Shown here: one piece after another, positions 1 through 12,753 of the stretch
Layout: each line of letters opens with the position of its first letter
Position numbering within the stretch: position 1 is the stretch's first letter
Origin: Octopus vulgaris
Taxonomy: Eukaryota
Length of the DNA: 64,000 bases
NCBI GenBank assembly: GCA_951406725.2
Contig: OX597819.1
Location: 107,260,001 to 107,324,000, forward strand
Direction: 5' to 3'
Translations under genes and position numbers: made by a program
Notes under the pieces: model-generated
The model's database searches: none
Told to the model about the DNA's origin: nothing
The model's input: only the letters and a program-made list of their open reading frames with translations

Positions 1-135
1 CTACTAAATCCACTCATAAGTCTTTGTTCGGCCCGAGGCTACAGTAGAAGACACTTGCCCAAGGTGCCATGCAGTGGGAATGAACCCGGAACCATGTGGT
101 TGGTAAGCAAGCTACTTTCCATATAGCCTCTCCTA
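1..135 (-). mobile_element. tRNA-derived SINE, 5' part (family A; also at 22528, 36170, 56390)
   Basis: The minus strand has a tRNA-like head (ggctatatggaaagtagcttgcttaccaaccacatGGTTCCGGGTTCAttccc) then gcaccttgggcaagtgtcttctac. Near-identical copies occur elsewhere in the window. Confidence 0.8.
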
Positions 136-234
136 CGACTTCGTATGTTCGATGTATTTTTCAAGATTTTTACTCACTGTTCCCTAAGCTCCTACACACG
201 TTCACACACACGCACATCGGCAACATTCATCGAT

Positions 235-270
235 TTCTTGAAAATGGGGTCATAACCCCGAAACATTGAA
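235..270 (+). ncRNA. Minimal hammerhead-ribozyme-like motif, U3-A8 variant core
   Basis: TTC-TTGAAAA-T-GGGG(tcataa)CCCC-GAAA-CATT-GAA gives helix I TTC/GAA, a 4-bp stem II, GAAA and an NUH triplet (AUU). Confidence 0.45.
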
Positions 271-402
271 TACGAGGTAAGTCTACATTAATTCATATAG
301 TTGTTTTCTTGTGATTTACCTTGCATTTGCTTCACATTGTTTTGGCCTAACCCACCATCCTTATACAATATATTCTACACAATGCGTCATAGTAATTATT
401 CC

Positions 403-512
403 ATATATATATATATATATATATAAATATAAATATACATATACATATACATATACATATATATACACATATATATATATATATATAAATATACATATAT
501 ATATACATATAC

Positions 513-543
<31 letters not shown>

Positions 544-544
544 A

Positions 545-593
<49 letters not shown>

Positions 594-594
594 T

Positions 595-675
<81 letters not shown>
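403..675. repeat. (TA)n / (TATACA)n compound microsatellite
   Basis: Directly visible. Confidence 0.95.
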
Positions 676-676
<1 letters not shown>

Positions 677-890
677 CGGGAAGCTTTATGAAATTAAACA
701 AAACACGAAGGCAGGTGGAATACAAACAAACAATTGTATTAGTATGGCGCTCAGGAATATAAATAAAACAAGTCTTTTACGTTTCGAGCCTACGCTCTTC
801 AACAGAAAGATACACAGAAAAGAAACACGGAGAGAAACAAGGAGAGAAAAAAATGCGTGCAGAAGCTAGCGAATCAACATGGCGATACCA
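676..890 (-). mobile_element. Short (TA)n-flanked element with a hammerhead-like motif (putative Penelope-like pLTR fragment)
   Basis: About 215 bp of complex sequence bounded by (TA)n on both sides, containing the motif at 773-810. Confidence 0.55.
773..810 (-). ncRNA. Minimal type I hammerhead-like motif (A6U variant)
   Basis: The minus strand reads TCTTT-CTGTTGA-A-GAGC(gtag)GCTC-GAAA-CGTA-AAAGA: 5-bp helix I, 4-bp stem II, palindromic ACGT stem III and a GUA triplet. Confidence 0.55.
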
Positions 891-900
891 TATATATATA

Positions 901-977
<77 letters not shown>

Positions 978-2384
978 TTTATACATGTGAACTTGGTTAT
1001 TAGGATTCCTTAAGAATCAGGGCACATTAACATGTAAGGCGTCACAAAATATCTAGGTACAAACACATAGAGCTCACAATGAAATAAACAACATTGTTTG
1101 ACTTCAGTTGCTGAGAGGATTCCGTAAATATGCAAGTACTAATTCAAATATGTAACCATCGATTGCTGGTGTGGCGTAGGCATAAATTAGTAATCACAAA
1201 TGGTGCTTGAAATTTACGACGGCTGTCTCGATAGAATTAGCTAATGTAGTCTTAAATGTTTACATTATAATATATTCGCCATGAGATATAAATTTTAAAT
1301 ATGTCACATAAAAAGTGTACCTAAAAGCAGTCAACAATTATTGCGCTAATGTTGCTTTCAAACAAATAAATAAATAATTCATCTTATTTAATTTATGGTT
1401 CAACTTAGACAGGAAAATAATCTGGTATTTCTATAGATACAGTCGTGTCTGGGAGTATAATTAAAAAGATACCAAATACGTGTCAGACTTACCATCAGAT
1501 AAAAGAGACAAGGAAAATGTTTAAGGATTTCACTGACCACCAACGAATTTCACACTCCCACAGTCATATGTACGTGCAACAGGTGCACGCATAAATATGC
1601 ATTTGCACACATACACACAGATCACAGTACATATAAGCACAAACTGACATAAGAAGCTGAGAAAAATTATATTCAGAAAACATAACCTGAGAGAGCAAAC
1701 AATGTAATGTTCCATATCTATATATGTCAGTAGGTACGCTTGCACGCGTGTATGTATATAATATAGTCGTGTGCAAGTTGTACTTCTCTTTTTACATAAT
1801 TTGAATAAAAAGAATTAGATCGATTTATAGAGAAAGCTAAGTTTTCTTATAAAGTTGAACCTCGTGAAAGCACATTTCATACAGGCCCGGTCATCTTAAA
1901 TAAATTAGCGTGCATCTCAGAGTACGTAAACTAAAAGAGTAAAAATTATTGAACGTTTGAATTTTTTGAGATTTTCGATGGCAAACATTTGGGGTGGGCG
2001 AAGGGTTGAAAGCTTCGATCGATACAAAGAAACGTAATTGATGTGTTAAACAAAGATAATTGACATACCTGGGTTAAAATTTGAAACGAATTATCTGGTC
2101 TTTAAACATATAAGAAAAGAAGTAAAGAAATTACTAGAATTAATACAACAATATGTATGAGAGCGGTCTAGATGGTGATGACTTAAACTAAGATAATTGA
2201 GAGATACGATTGTAGGAAAGGATTTTCGGTAAACTTTGAAAAGAAACAGGTGTGGAAATATAAACTCTAAAGATGTGATGATAAATTGCAGTACAACTAA
2301 AAAAAAACAAAACAAAAATATCAGCCAATAGAATACAGGCAAGTACTGTCGTAGAGAGATTTTGTTCGTTCATTAATAGCTGGT

Positions 2385-2680
2385 GAAGGAATGTGGCCAA
2401 GTGTTTAGGAAGATGTTATCACGACTACAAGTTTCTTGTTTCGATTCCTACCTAGATCGGTGGTGCGCTGTGTTTTTGAATAAAACACTTCGTTTCACGT
2501 TGCTCCTGTTCAATCAGCTATAAATAAGTAACCGTGGGAGGGACCAACTTTTTACTCAGAGGGAATGTTGGCCTGCCAACCTACCCAGCGGTATGACGTC
2601 ATTCGAAAGCTAAAACAATGCGAGGAAGTGCATTGTTACCAGCAGTGTATAACAACGTCCAATAATTTGGCCGGTACAAA
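2385..2680 (+). mobile_element. Degenerate tRNA-derived SINE (CORE-like body)
   Basis: A-box-like tgtggccaagtg and B-box-like tttcgattcc are followed by tgtgtttttgaataaaacacttcgtttcacgttgctcc, similar to copies near 7975 and 20695. Confidence 0.55.
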
Positions 2681-2699
2681 GACACAGTAATATATTGCT

Positions 2700-2832
2700 C
2701 GTTTCGAATTTGAAAGTTGAGAAATTTGCAGAAGCTAATGGTAACAGAGGTACTCAGATGAAATGCTGCTTGTCTGAGAAAGTTCTAGAAGAATCAAAAT
2801 AGCAAAAACAACGTTTAATGAAAATGCCAAAG
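2700..2832 (+). pseudogene. pogo-like transposase N-terminal HTH (BrkDBD-like) relic
   Basis: Translates LKVEKFAEANGNRGTQMKCCLSEKVLEESK*QKQRLMKMP, resembling the pogo N-terminal consensus LKVVEFAE..GNR.A.RKF.VSEK.VR.WRKQ. Confidence 0.5.
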
Positions 2833-2995
2833 GGAGTTAGGGCACGTAAGAGGAAGTAATTTCATTTCTGTAACTTATTATGTATATAGCAACTACTGCC
2901 TAATAATGTTCGTAAATTTTGTTAATGAATGAGCTCAACACGGCGTTAAGATTAAAGACCACAACAGTAGTAGACATGTAATACAATTTGTGAAG

Positions 2996-3052
<57 letters not shown>

Positions 3053-3069
3053 CATACACACACACACAC

Positions 3070-3133
<64 letters not shown>

Positions 3134-3134
<1 letters not shown>

Positions 3135-3760
3135 ACACACAAGGTCAGATGAATAACTATCCGGACTTTTGCCATTATAACGAAGCTAAAGCATACAGTT
3201 TGAAACCGCTTGGTACATATTGACCTCGACCTCAGCTGTACATGCGTTTTAACGTTTTAACGTTCTAGCTCACTTCCACTGTTTACAGCAGTGCATGGAA
3301 GCAAGTTGCGTAGCGTTTGATCGTTGCATTGACCATGACAGAGAAGGTTATCATGGCCATACCTTCTCAGAGCCCTAGGCAATGTTGCACAAAATGTATG
3401 GAGAGGTGTGTATGAGCCGCATACAAGTGTACGAGTGGTTCAGACGTTTGCAAGATGGCTGAAAAATGTCGATAGTGACCAAAGTTCTAGGAAATCCGCA
3501 ACCAGAAGAACTGAGAAAAACATCGCATATGTGCGTGCAGCTGTGAGGAGAAATCGTCGAATCACTAACCTTGAGTTGGTAGAAGATGTGCAGACTAGTT
3601 ACGCTTCTGTTCCGTCTATTATCACTGAAGATTTTTGTATGAGACGCATGTCTGCCAAGTTTGTACCCTAGCTTCTTTCAGCTGACCAAAATGACATTGG
3701 GATTTCAGTTGTACAAGATCTTCTTGATTGTGTCGAGAATGATGAAATCTTTTTGAAAAC
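3134..3760 (+). mobile_element. mariner relic, 5' part (irritans-like)
   Basis: Frameshifted MYGEVCMSRIQVYEWFRR...VRRNRRITNLELVEDVQTSYASVPSIITEDFCMRRMSAKFVP, the mariner HTH region ending in the WVP-equivalent motif. Confidence 0.85.
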
Positions 3761-3832
3761 ATTGCGTAGGTCCCTGAACAGGTATCGCCAAGCTTTTGGC
3801 AAAATTTGATGCAGATTCTCTGCCCAAATTTC

Positions 3833-4332
3833 CGAATGCAGGTGTCGATGAGTGGTTGACTGACCAAATCCAATCTTCTCTGGTAGTATCTCAGCAATTA
3901 CGATGAGATTTTGTTCCACCAGGGTTTGCAGGGGGGCCGCGTCGAGCTCTATAGACCTTCTAGGACTAGGCTCGTCTTGTAGGCTGTAGCTTTCAGCTCG
4001 GAATTTCTGGAACCACCCTTGTCACTGGCTTACGCTTGTCGTCCGATCCACATACTGCATTAATATTCCTCGCACTTTCCGTTGAGTTGTTGCCTTTATT
4101 GAACTCATAAAGCGAAATATGACGAATATGTTCCTTTGCCACTTTCCTTATAGCTTTGAAAAAATAACTGTTAAAATCGAACTGCACTCTTCAAAACGTA
4201 CACTAAGAATAAGTACAAGCTAAAATTACTACCTGCTTGTATAGCAAGATGATTCAGGTTGTTTATCTCGCCCCCTCCTATTATTGGTACATGCAATGGT
4301 AAAAACCGCATTATTCATGGGATGACGCACAT
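3833..4332 (-). mobile_element. Second mariner family, 5' fragment with left TIR
   Basis: EHIRHISLYEFNKGNNSTESARNINAV...WFQKFR...LVEQNLIVIAEILPEKIGFGQSTTHRHL, with a TIR-like tatgtgcgtcatcccatgaataatgcggtttt at about 4302-4333. Confidence 0.8.
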
Positions 4333-4515
4333 AATGAGTGTTTGTGTGCATGCTTCTATACAATGCGAAGCAGTTACTAAAAGGTATTGAGTTTTGTGTC
4401 AAAGAACTCATTGAACATAGTTTTTGTTCACTAGTCTTTAATGTCTTTGCCATCGTTAGCATATGCACTCAGTTAGCATGTATAATCATACATACGCACA
4501 TAGATGTATGTTATG

Positions 4516-4552
<37 letters not shown>

Positions 4553-5064
4553 GTCTATATGTGTGTGTGGGCGTGCGCACTTATGGTGGCAAGTAGTAGT
4601 GGTGATACATATCACTTAAGCTTTGCAAGTTCGTTAGGCAGACTCAGAAATATTCATTGATATCTATGTAAATGTAAATTCACACATTAATACGGTTTTA
4701 AGCTTAAGCCAAATAAAAGAGAGGAATGATTAGAGCCAATTTATTGTTTCTGTATAAATTTGTCTTCGTATAAATGGCATAAGCGTTAATATCATAATGT
4801 CTATAAAATCTTGTACAACCGATTAATACCTGTGAGAAAATTTCATAAATTGCCAGAGTGATTAATAGTGGAGAATATGTCGGTTAATAGAGATAAACAA
4901 AATTGAAACACTATAATTATCTGCTAGAAATTATTAAATATTAAGTATACAGGACTGGCTACGTAGTAAAGAAGTCGTATATATATGGTTCTCTGCTGAA
5001 GACTTTCTTGCAACTACAAAACTTTGCGTTCAATTTTACTGCATGTCTTATTTGGCCTCTATAT

Positions 5065-5455
5065 TGGTTCCAAATGTTGGCACAAGGTCAACAGTTTGGA
5101 GGAGGAGCTAAATCGGTTACATCACCCCCTATGCTTAATTGGTACTTATTTTCTCGACCGTGAATGGATGCATGGCCAAGTTGACCACGGCGTAATTTGA
5201 AGGTAGACCGTAAAGAGGGATAAAATGCCTGTAGTGTTAGCGATTCTGCCAGCTCACCGTATTATTTGGCCGGAGTATTGGTTTCAAATGTTGGTACAAG
5301 GCCAGCAATTTCTGGCGATGTGACGTTCATCTGGTACTTATTTTACCGACTTCGACAGGATGAAAGACAAAATCACCTTGTAGTATTTGAACTTAGAACG
5401 TAAGGTGGGAAGAATCGCCCCTAAGCATTTTTCCGCTGTGCCAGTGTGCCGCCTT
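5065..5455 (-). mobile_element. Two tandem copies of tRNA-derived SINE family B
   Basis: Two direct ~190-bp units each start ttggtt(c/t)caaatgttgg and carry the core tggtacttatttt.tcgac...ggatg. The same core recurs at 27720-27872 and 32135-32340. Confidence 0.75.
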
Positions 5456-7214
5456 ATTTGGCCTGTTTATTGACAGCAGACGTAGTTTAATCAGCAATGT
5501 CGTTTTGAATAAAATCGCAGAACCAGAAACGATACACAAGTCCATGGCAATGGCTGTTCCATTAGATTGTTACGCTGAATACATTGCACCCTTTAACATT
5601 TGAACCTAACTGTATAAGTGCGCAGGTTGTGGTATGGTTAATAGCTTTTATTCATAACATGTGCATTCGATCTTACTTTGCAGCACTTAACGTGTCTTTT
5701 AGCATAGTTGCATGTATTCAGCTGACTGCTTTTCTGTAGTAAAACCGATAGATACGCGCACACACTTCTGTCTGTGCAGGATGCTTATAAAAATATTGGT
5801 CCGAGTCCCAGGGGCAACCTTCGAAATTTTCTACCAAGAAAGTTATTTTTTTAACCCAATATTTATATGCTATTATTTATAGCTTTATCTGCTTCGATTT
5901 TCATCGTTCTCCATATGAACCATATATATGTGCGCGCAATTAATCTGTGTCGAACGAAAATACGAGATTTTTTAGTGTATCACCCAGGATGGGTGCCCCA
6001 GTATAGCACTTGCCTAATAAATTAAAGCAAATAAACTACGCTTCAGAAAAATTTATCAATATCATGAGATAATTCAACTTTACCCCATTTCCTATGGAGG
6101 AGAATTCATAACATTTCAAGATTATCTTCCTGGATCTTCCAGACTATTGTGTAAAAGTATGGAGGGAAATAATTTTTATCCTCCAACGGTCACTTCCAAC
6201 AGATCTGCAAATGTCGAATTGGAATTGTGAGATCCTTGTACTACAGATGAGTATACAACACGCCGACAGGACAAACCAATCTCGCGTTTGGCAGCTCCAC
6301 AGAATAACTAAAGTTTGATGCGTCATTCAATTTCTTTGCTCATAATTTTTTGAATAATACATATTATTTTCGAGCAATTTTACAGATACATTTTCGAAAG
6401 TGCATAATAAAGATTATATTGAAGAAATTTCTTTTAAAATTATCTTTTCTTTAATTCTTTTACCCAGAAAGAAAACAGCACTATACTTTTAACAACTCAA
6501 TAAATTGTATATATAATGATCAATGTACAATATAAATTGTACAATATAATATGAATTAATAGCATCCATTTTCACCATGAATATGCAGCGTACAATATGC
6601 AGCGTACAAATATCATTTCCAAGGTTACACATAGCCTACAACGATACAATTGGAAAAATTTCAATATAATTTTTTTCAATCTCCGTAGTATTATGAAAGA
6701 AGTTCCAAACTATAGATAAACTCGTTCTCCAAATTATTTAGCTGTGTCATTAGCCCACCTGATTGTGTTCAGCATTGTTCCGATATACCAAAACGAATTT
6801 CTTAACCACATGGCTATGTATGCTCTTATATACACAATCATACAGTTATACTTCTATTGCTAAATTTGATTTTAAATATTTGTCATCGTTATTTACATAG
6901 TAATTTTATAATTTCATTTCCTTTAACTTATCTGTTATCTACTTAAACCAACTTATCATAGACACTTATTCTTAAATAAGAACTTGTATGGTTTAATTCC
7001 TATTTATTTACGTTAATGATTATATCTGGAACTGGAGATTAAAAGTTAATTAATTTACTACCTATTCCAATACAACTTTCTTTTTTTATGATGACTCTCC
7101 GAATTATATATAACGACTGCATCAAAATCCCTTACGCTGTCGCTTGCCAAGACAGATAATGGGAACTTACCTTAAAATAACATCCCACCGTCTTGAGAAA
7201 ATAAGAACACTTTA

Positions 7215-7269
<55 letters not shown>

Positions 7270-7270
<1 letters not shown>

Positions 7271-7640
7271 TAGCAGTATCGCCCGGCGTTGCTCGGGTTT
7301 GTAAGGGAAATAACTATATAAGCATTTTTAGAGAGTTATAGCAAAAAAATAGCAAAAAAATGCATTAAACATGGAAAAAAATTATGGTAATTTTTTTTAA
7401 ATCGTTGACTCATTGTAGACATTTTTAGAGAGTTACTTCCCTTTAATATCGAAAAATGCATTAAAATGGAAAAAAATTATGGTAATTTTTTTTTAATCGT
7501 AAACTCATCGTAGACGCGCGCTAATACCCAGAAGAGCTCGATATGAATCACGACTATAAGATACCCGGTTTTGGTTAAACTGCACCGCGAAATGTGGGAG
7601 TAGTTAGGAATCTAAATCGTAGGAGACAGACACACAACTT

Positions 7641-7650
<10 letters not shown>
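7270..7650 (-). mobile_element. Non-autonomous Helitron with internal duplication
   Basis: The minus-strand 3' end has the hairpin CCCGAGCAACGCCGGG, then gatactgCTAG|T. The element lies in (TA)n, with a near-identical copy at 40448-40697. Confidence 0.8.
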
Positions 7651-7705
<55 letters not shown>

Positions 7706-9732
7706 TGTATGTATGTATTTATGTATATATGTGGGTGGAGCGGCTGTGTACATAAACACAAAATCGCTACCCTAGCCTAAAGCCAATGAAGGAACAATAG
7801 ACATAAGTGAGAACTCCAACCATAACCTCATGCAACACTTTACGAACAATATTACGTGTGTAACGTCAAAAGAAGTAGGCCTCAATATCGAAGAATACAT
7901 AGGGTTAAAGTTTAAATGACACAAACACAGAACACTTACTTGACAGCAAGTATCGAGTATAGTATAGTCGAAGAACTCAAGATTGTGGTTTCGTGTTTCA
8001 GCTCCGTCGGTGTTCTTGAACAAAACACCTCATTTCATATTCCTCCAGTCAAGTCGGCTGTAAATAGGCAGCCCTGTGACAAGCTGGTGCGGGAGTCTGA
8101 TAGAATGTTGTCCTCCTCGCCAAGCCAGTGGATTAGCATCATAAATATAATCGTATGTTAAATTAAAGTCATTATTTTAAAGATAATTTCAGAATAATAA
8201 CGATCAATTTACCGATGAGTTGATTCAATAATGAGAACAGAGTCAACTTTATTATAGAGTTCAAACTCAAGGTGAGTGGGCTTCACGTGTCACCTTTTGT
8301 TTTCTTCAGCTAGTAAATAAATTGTCACCTTTCGACATTTATACATAAGACGACAAGAATAAAAATCACATTAAAAGATAGAGGTGAATAGAAAGGTTTT
8401 ATTTTTTTATTATATATTTCAGTAAAAGGAACTCCCATTTTTATTTGAAGTAGCATTAAGATATAAAAGCAGATTAATATATTCTCTTCTCTCTCCGTAA
8501 CTTTTCCTTTCATCTACCCCTTTAGCAGACGGGCAGATGAAAGAGAATGTTAAGAAGAAAGGGGAGAAAATGATAAAATTTTAACATCAAAATGAATATA
8601 ACTCAGCATTCTGTTAAGAAAGAAACATTACAGTGGTCTATTTCGAGTAGCTAGTTAAATGGACTTTCTTTATTCTAATGAATATTAATACGTCAATTGG
8701 AATTTATTTGAATTCACACTTTTATAGAATTTTATATAGCACACAGTAGAATTAACTATTACTTAATACCATAGTTTTATTGTATTTTGCGTTGTTTTTG
8801 AATTTTTCATAGATTCAAATATTTATATATTCTATATACTTAACATGACAGTTTTTAGGCTCCAACAGTCACGTTTCTTATACAGATTAATATTATTCCC
8901 TTTAGATTTACTTCTCGTTCGTGTCTGGTATCGGTTATGTTTTTCCTACACTATTGGCTAGTATCCAAAATTTCTATAAACAGTGTCTTTCTGCTTTTTT
9001 CATTAAATCAGTTTATAATTAGTTTAGCGTTATGTATTTTTACAATTTACATAATTTATTTCAGAGTTTCTTGCGGCTCTTATCAATTTGACAGTTCTTA
9101 TATGCATACACAACCAAGCATAATTTTTCTTTCGCCAACTGAATATTTTTTTGCGTAGACTTTCATCTATTGCTAATCACAAACGTGATTCTTATGGAAG
9201 ATATTGTAAATATTCTTTTAGTAGGTCTTTTTTATCTACTGACGTATATACATATTATTCATTTTTGTCTTTATTTTATTTTTGCGTTGTGAATTTTTAT
9301 TCATTCTCACACATTGCAATATTGAAAATGAAACCATTTTGTACATAAATTCCAATTCGAAATTTGAAGACCTAGACCGGGTCCTTCAACATTTGGGTAA
9401 TGGAAATTAAGACGTCATGCTCGTTATGATCAAGTTATCTTTTGTTTGTATTTTTATGCAATGGAAACAACATGCCATGTCTAACGTTATTTTTTTTTTT
9501 TTGTGCGGCTAATAAAGTAATATTTCTATGTCCAAATAAGTTGTCAAAAGCGTTGATTCATGGTATCGATGTACCAAAAACTATTGAAACATACACACAG
9601 ACACAAACACACTCACAGACATAAACACACGGACAGACAGAAACAAACATGCAATCATACACGTCCGTTACATATGGATATACATACTGATCGAATGGTT
9701 AAGAAGCTTGCTTTGCTATCATGAAACGTGTT

Positions 9733-9893
9733 ATACATACATACGCACGTACGTACATACATACATACATGCATACATACATACATACATACATACATAC
9801 ATACATGCATGCATGCATACATACATACATGCATACATACATACATACATACATACATACATACATACATACATACATACATACATACATACA
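9733..9893. repeat. (TACA)n/(TGCA) microsatellite
   Basis: Directly visible. Confidence 0.95.
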
Positions 9894-11399
9894 TGACTCT
9901 TCCAATTTAGTGGATTGATTTCTTATATATTCCTATGCATATATATTTTTCTATATCTCGAAAGTGAACTTCGTCCGTTTTACGTCATTTGGCTTGTTTC
10001 TGCTTCTGTATGTATGTGTTTTTGTCTTTACCTCCCTCACACCTATCTAAGTTTTCTATCTATTGCATCTATCCCTTATTATTTTGAACCATTTCCGTGT
10101 TTTTCTCTCTCCGTATTTGACAAAAGTTGTTAGTTGGAACTATTAGCATCTTTTAACTTCCCAGACTCCATTTGTATATTATCTCGTCTTTTTCTTTTTC
10201 TTCTTCCTATTCTCTCTTCCCTTGTTTTCCCATTCTTTCTTTTTTACCTTCAACGGTTTGTTTTCTTTTATCCATTCCTACATCTCTCCCCGCCTCATAT
10301 TGAGCATATTTGTTTGCCATTGCTTATACTTTTTAATTGTTTTCAGGATACCCATTCATTTTGTCTTAATTTTTAATTTACTTTTTTTAATTTTAATATT
10401 TTACCAGTTACAACATATGAGTCATATAATTTTGAATTCTAAAATTACTTTTACCTTCAAGGTATTTATTGCACCTATCTCCAGAAATATAGACAATTTA
10501 TGTTATTCAATTTTAAGTTCAATTTCCACTCACTTTTAACTTTTATGTTGTTCCGTGGCGGTCAATTATTTTTCGTTTTAACATATTCCCGTTAGTCAGA
10601 GAAAACAAAAACAGCGCTCAATTTCTGCCGTGATTCACTTCGGTTGTTGCCTATCCGTCTGAATTCAATAAAATCAGTTGAGTAAACCACGAACTGATTT
10701 GCTTATACTCACAAATTCTCCATTTTAGAAATGCATGGCTTGTGCCTACGTATAAAATCAATAGCAACAACATATGTTGTTTCTTCTGTAAGATTATAAT
10801 ATTATAACACATAACAGGTGCAACTGTAATGCGATTACTGTATATTCATTTCGAGTTAATTCAAAATTAAATCTGTTTAAATAAACAACGAAAGAAGCAT
10901 GACAAAAAATATAAAAATGTAGGGTAGACATGATTGATAAAAGTAGTTTGTCTTCCTTTAGAATTTATGCTTTTGTATTTTCCAAATGCTTAAATATAAA
11001 TATGAAAACCTAAAAGTAATGAAGACGTCAAAAAAATAATAAAAAACGATAACAACGGCTTTAGCAATAATACTGACGTTACAATAGTTATAAGTGAATT
11101 GTACCTCGAAATTGAAAATGAAAAACCAGCACAGGCAAAGATTTTCGTTTCAGTTTTTTAATGCCTTCTGTAGGTGGGACTGTTTATAGGCGTGTCCTCG
11201 ATCTTTTCTGCCGTGGCCACTAGAATCTGGCTGACTTGAGAATCACAAGTAGAGATTGTTGGACCACAGCGATTTTGTTATTAACCTCGAAAGGAGGAAA
11301 TATAACGTTGGATTCTGCGGAATATAAAGAGCCAGAATAAATAGCGCTCTTTATGTTGTTCAAAGCTCTAACATATCTAATAATCCAACGTGCTGCAGT

Positions 11400-12177
11400 T
11401 GCTTGCTCATGAATTCCGACACAAGAACAGCCAACGAGAGAGAAGAAACCCTACTCCGTATGGAACTACATGGTCCATTCCACCGTGAAAGCAACAAATT
11501 AATGACCAGGAAGCATCATGGGGGTGGTTCAAGGTGGGTGACCGAAAAAAGAATACTGAAAACCCGGGACCAGACATTGAATACCAACTCAGTTATAAAG
11601 AATATATACCACACCAGTGCGTCGGAGAATGTGTGGGAAGAGAGTCGAATGTGTGACTCACATTGTTAGTGCTTTTGAAAGACTTACGCAGAAAGAGTAC
11701 AAGCGTAGACACGACAAAGTAGCCCCATACCTCTACTGGCGACTACGCCGAAAGTATGTATAGAAGCTTAGAGGTGCCTGGTATCAACATACAGCGGAAA
11801 AGGTAATAGACAAAAAGGGGAAGGGAAATATCCTTGGGACTTTGATTTTCAGATATATCATCATGAAAGAAACAGAAAAAGTTGATAAATATGAAAACCT
11901 GAGAAATGAGATTGCTAAAAGATGGCAGCTACGAGAGTCGACCATAGAAGTTAACCCTGTTGTTCAATACTAACCAATCTGAAAAAAGGCATCTGAAAAG
12001 CTTAGGGATATCCTACAATCTAGACGCATTGCAGAAGTCGGCATTACTTGGAACTACACGTATATTGTGTAACGTATTGTCTGTCTGAGGTCCTTGTTGT
12101 GACTTGACAAACAGTACAAACCCCCGATAGACACAATATTTTTAGTCAACAACCTTACCATATTGGATACTGTACGA
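11400..12177 (+). mobile_element. Degenerate R4/Dong-type RLE LINE, 3' portion
   Basis: Frameshifted MELHGPF..., DQTLNTN, VECVTHIVS, KEYKRRHDKVA, WYQHTAEKV and LQKSALLGTTRILCNVLSV*. The 3' UTR ends in aataattattatt. Confidence 0.8.
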
Positions 12178-12189
12178 ATAATTATTATT

Positions 12190-12737
12190 GAGTGAGAGAG
12201 CTGTGCATGCCATCAAAGTGACACTGGGGTTAAATATACGAAGCCCAGTATACCCATCATGACTACCCGTCTGATTAGGGTACACCAGGCACATGCATCA
12301 CAACCATATGTGCGTGACATAGTGATCTCATATCAAGATAAACAGCGCATGATCTTGCAGGTTGGGCCCAGTTAGAATTTTCTTCTGGTCGAGTGGCCCA
12401 AAAGGTCCCTGAATAAGGATTGTTGAAGGATGGTGAACGAACCACCCATGTTTCCAACGGTGAATTATCCAAACCTATAAGAATTCCTATCAACATATGG
12501 CTATGATGCTCCCCCACTACTTCTGCTCAGGATCAGAGATGCACATATTGTCAGCCACTAAGAGACATGGGCAACTGGTTAAGATCAAACAACTGACAAG
12601 CAAACCTGTGGTATTGAGCAGAATATTTGCTGTAGCCCATCTTTTATACCAAGACAAAGCAATCTACATGATAATACTTCCAATCAGTTAAGATCAGAAG
12701 CCATGAGTGCCACTGTCTGGTACTTCATCTGGGAATT
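12190..12737. mobile_element. Unclassified ~550-bp non-coding element flanked by (TAA)n
   Basis: Higher-GC block bounded by TAT/TAA triplet runs on both sides, with no long ORF. Confidence 0.5.
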
Positions 12738-12753
12738 TATTATTATTATTATT

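Noticed and set aside
12680-12735. snRNA-like 5' end on the 550-bp element
   Set aside because: The resemblance is superficial, with no match to U1, U2 or U6 conserved sequences.
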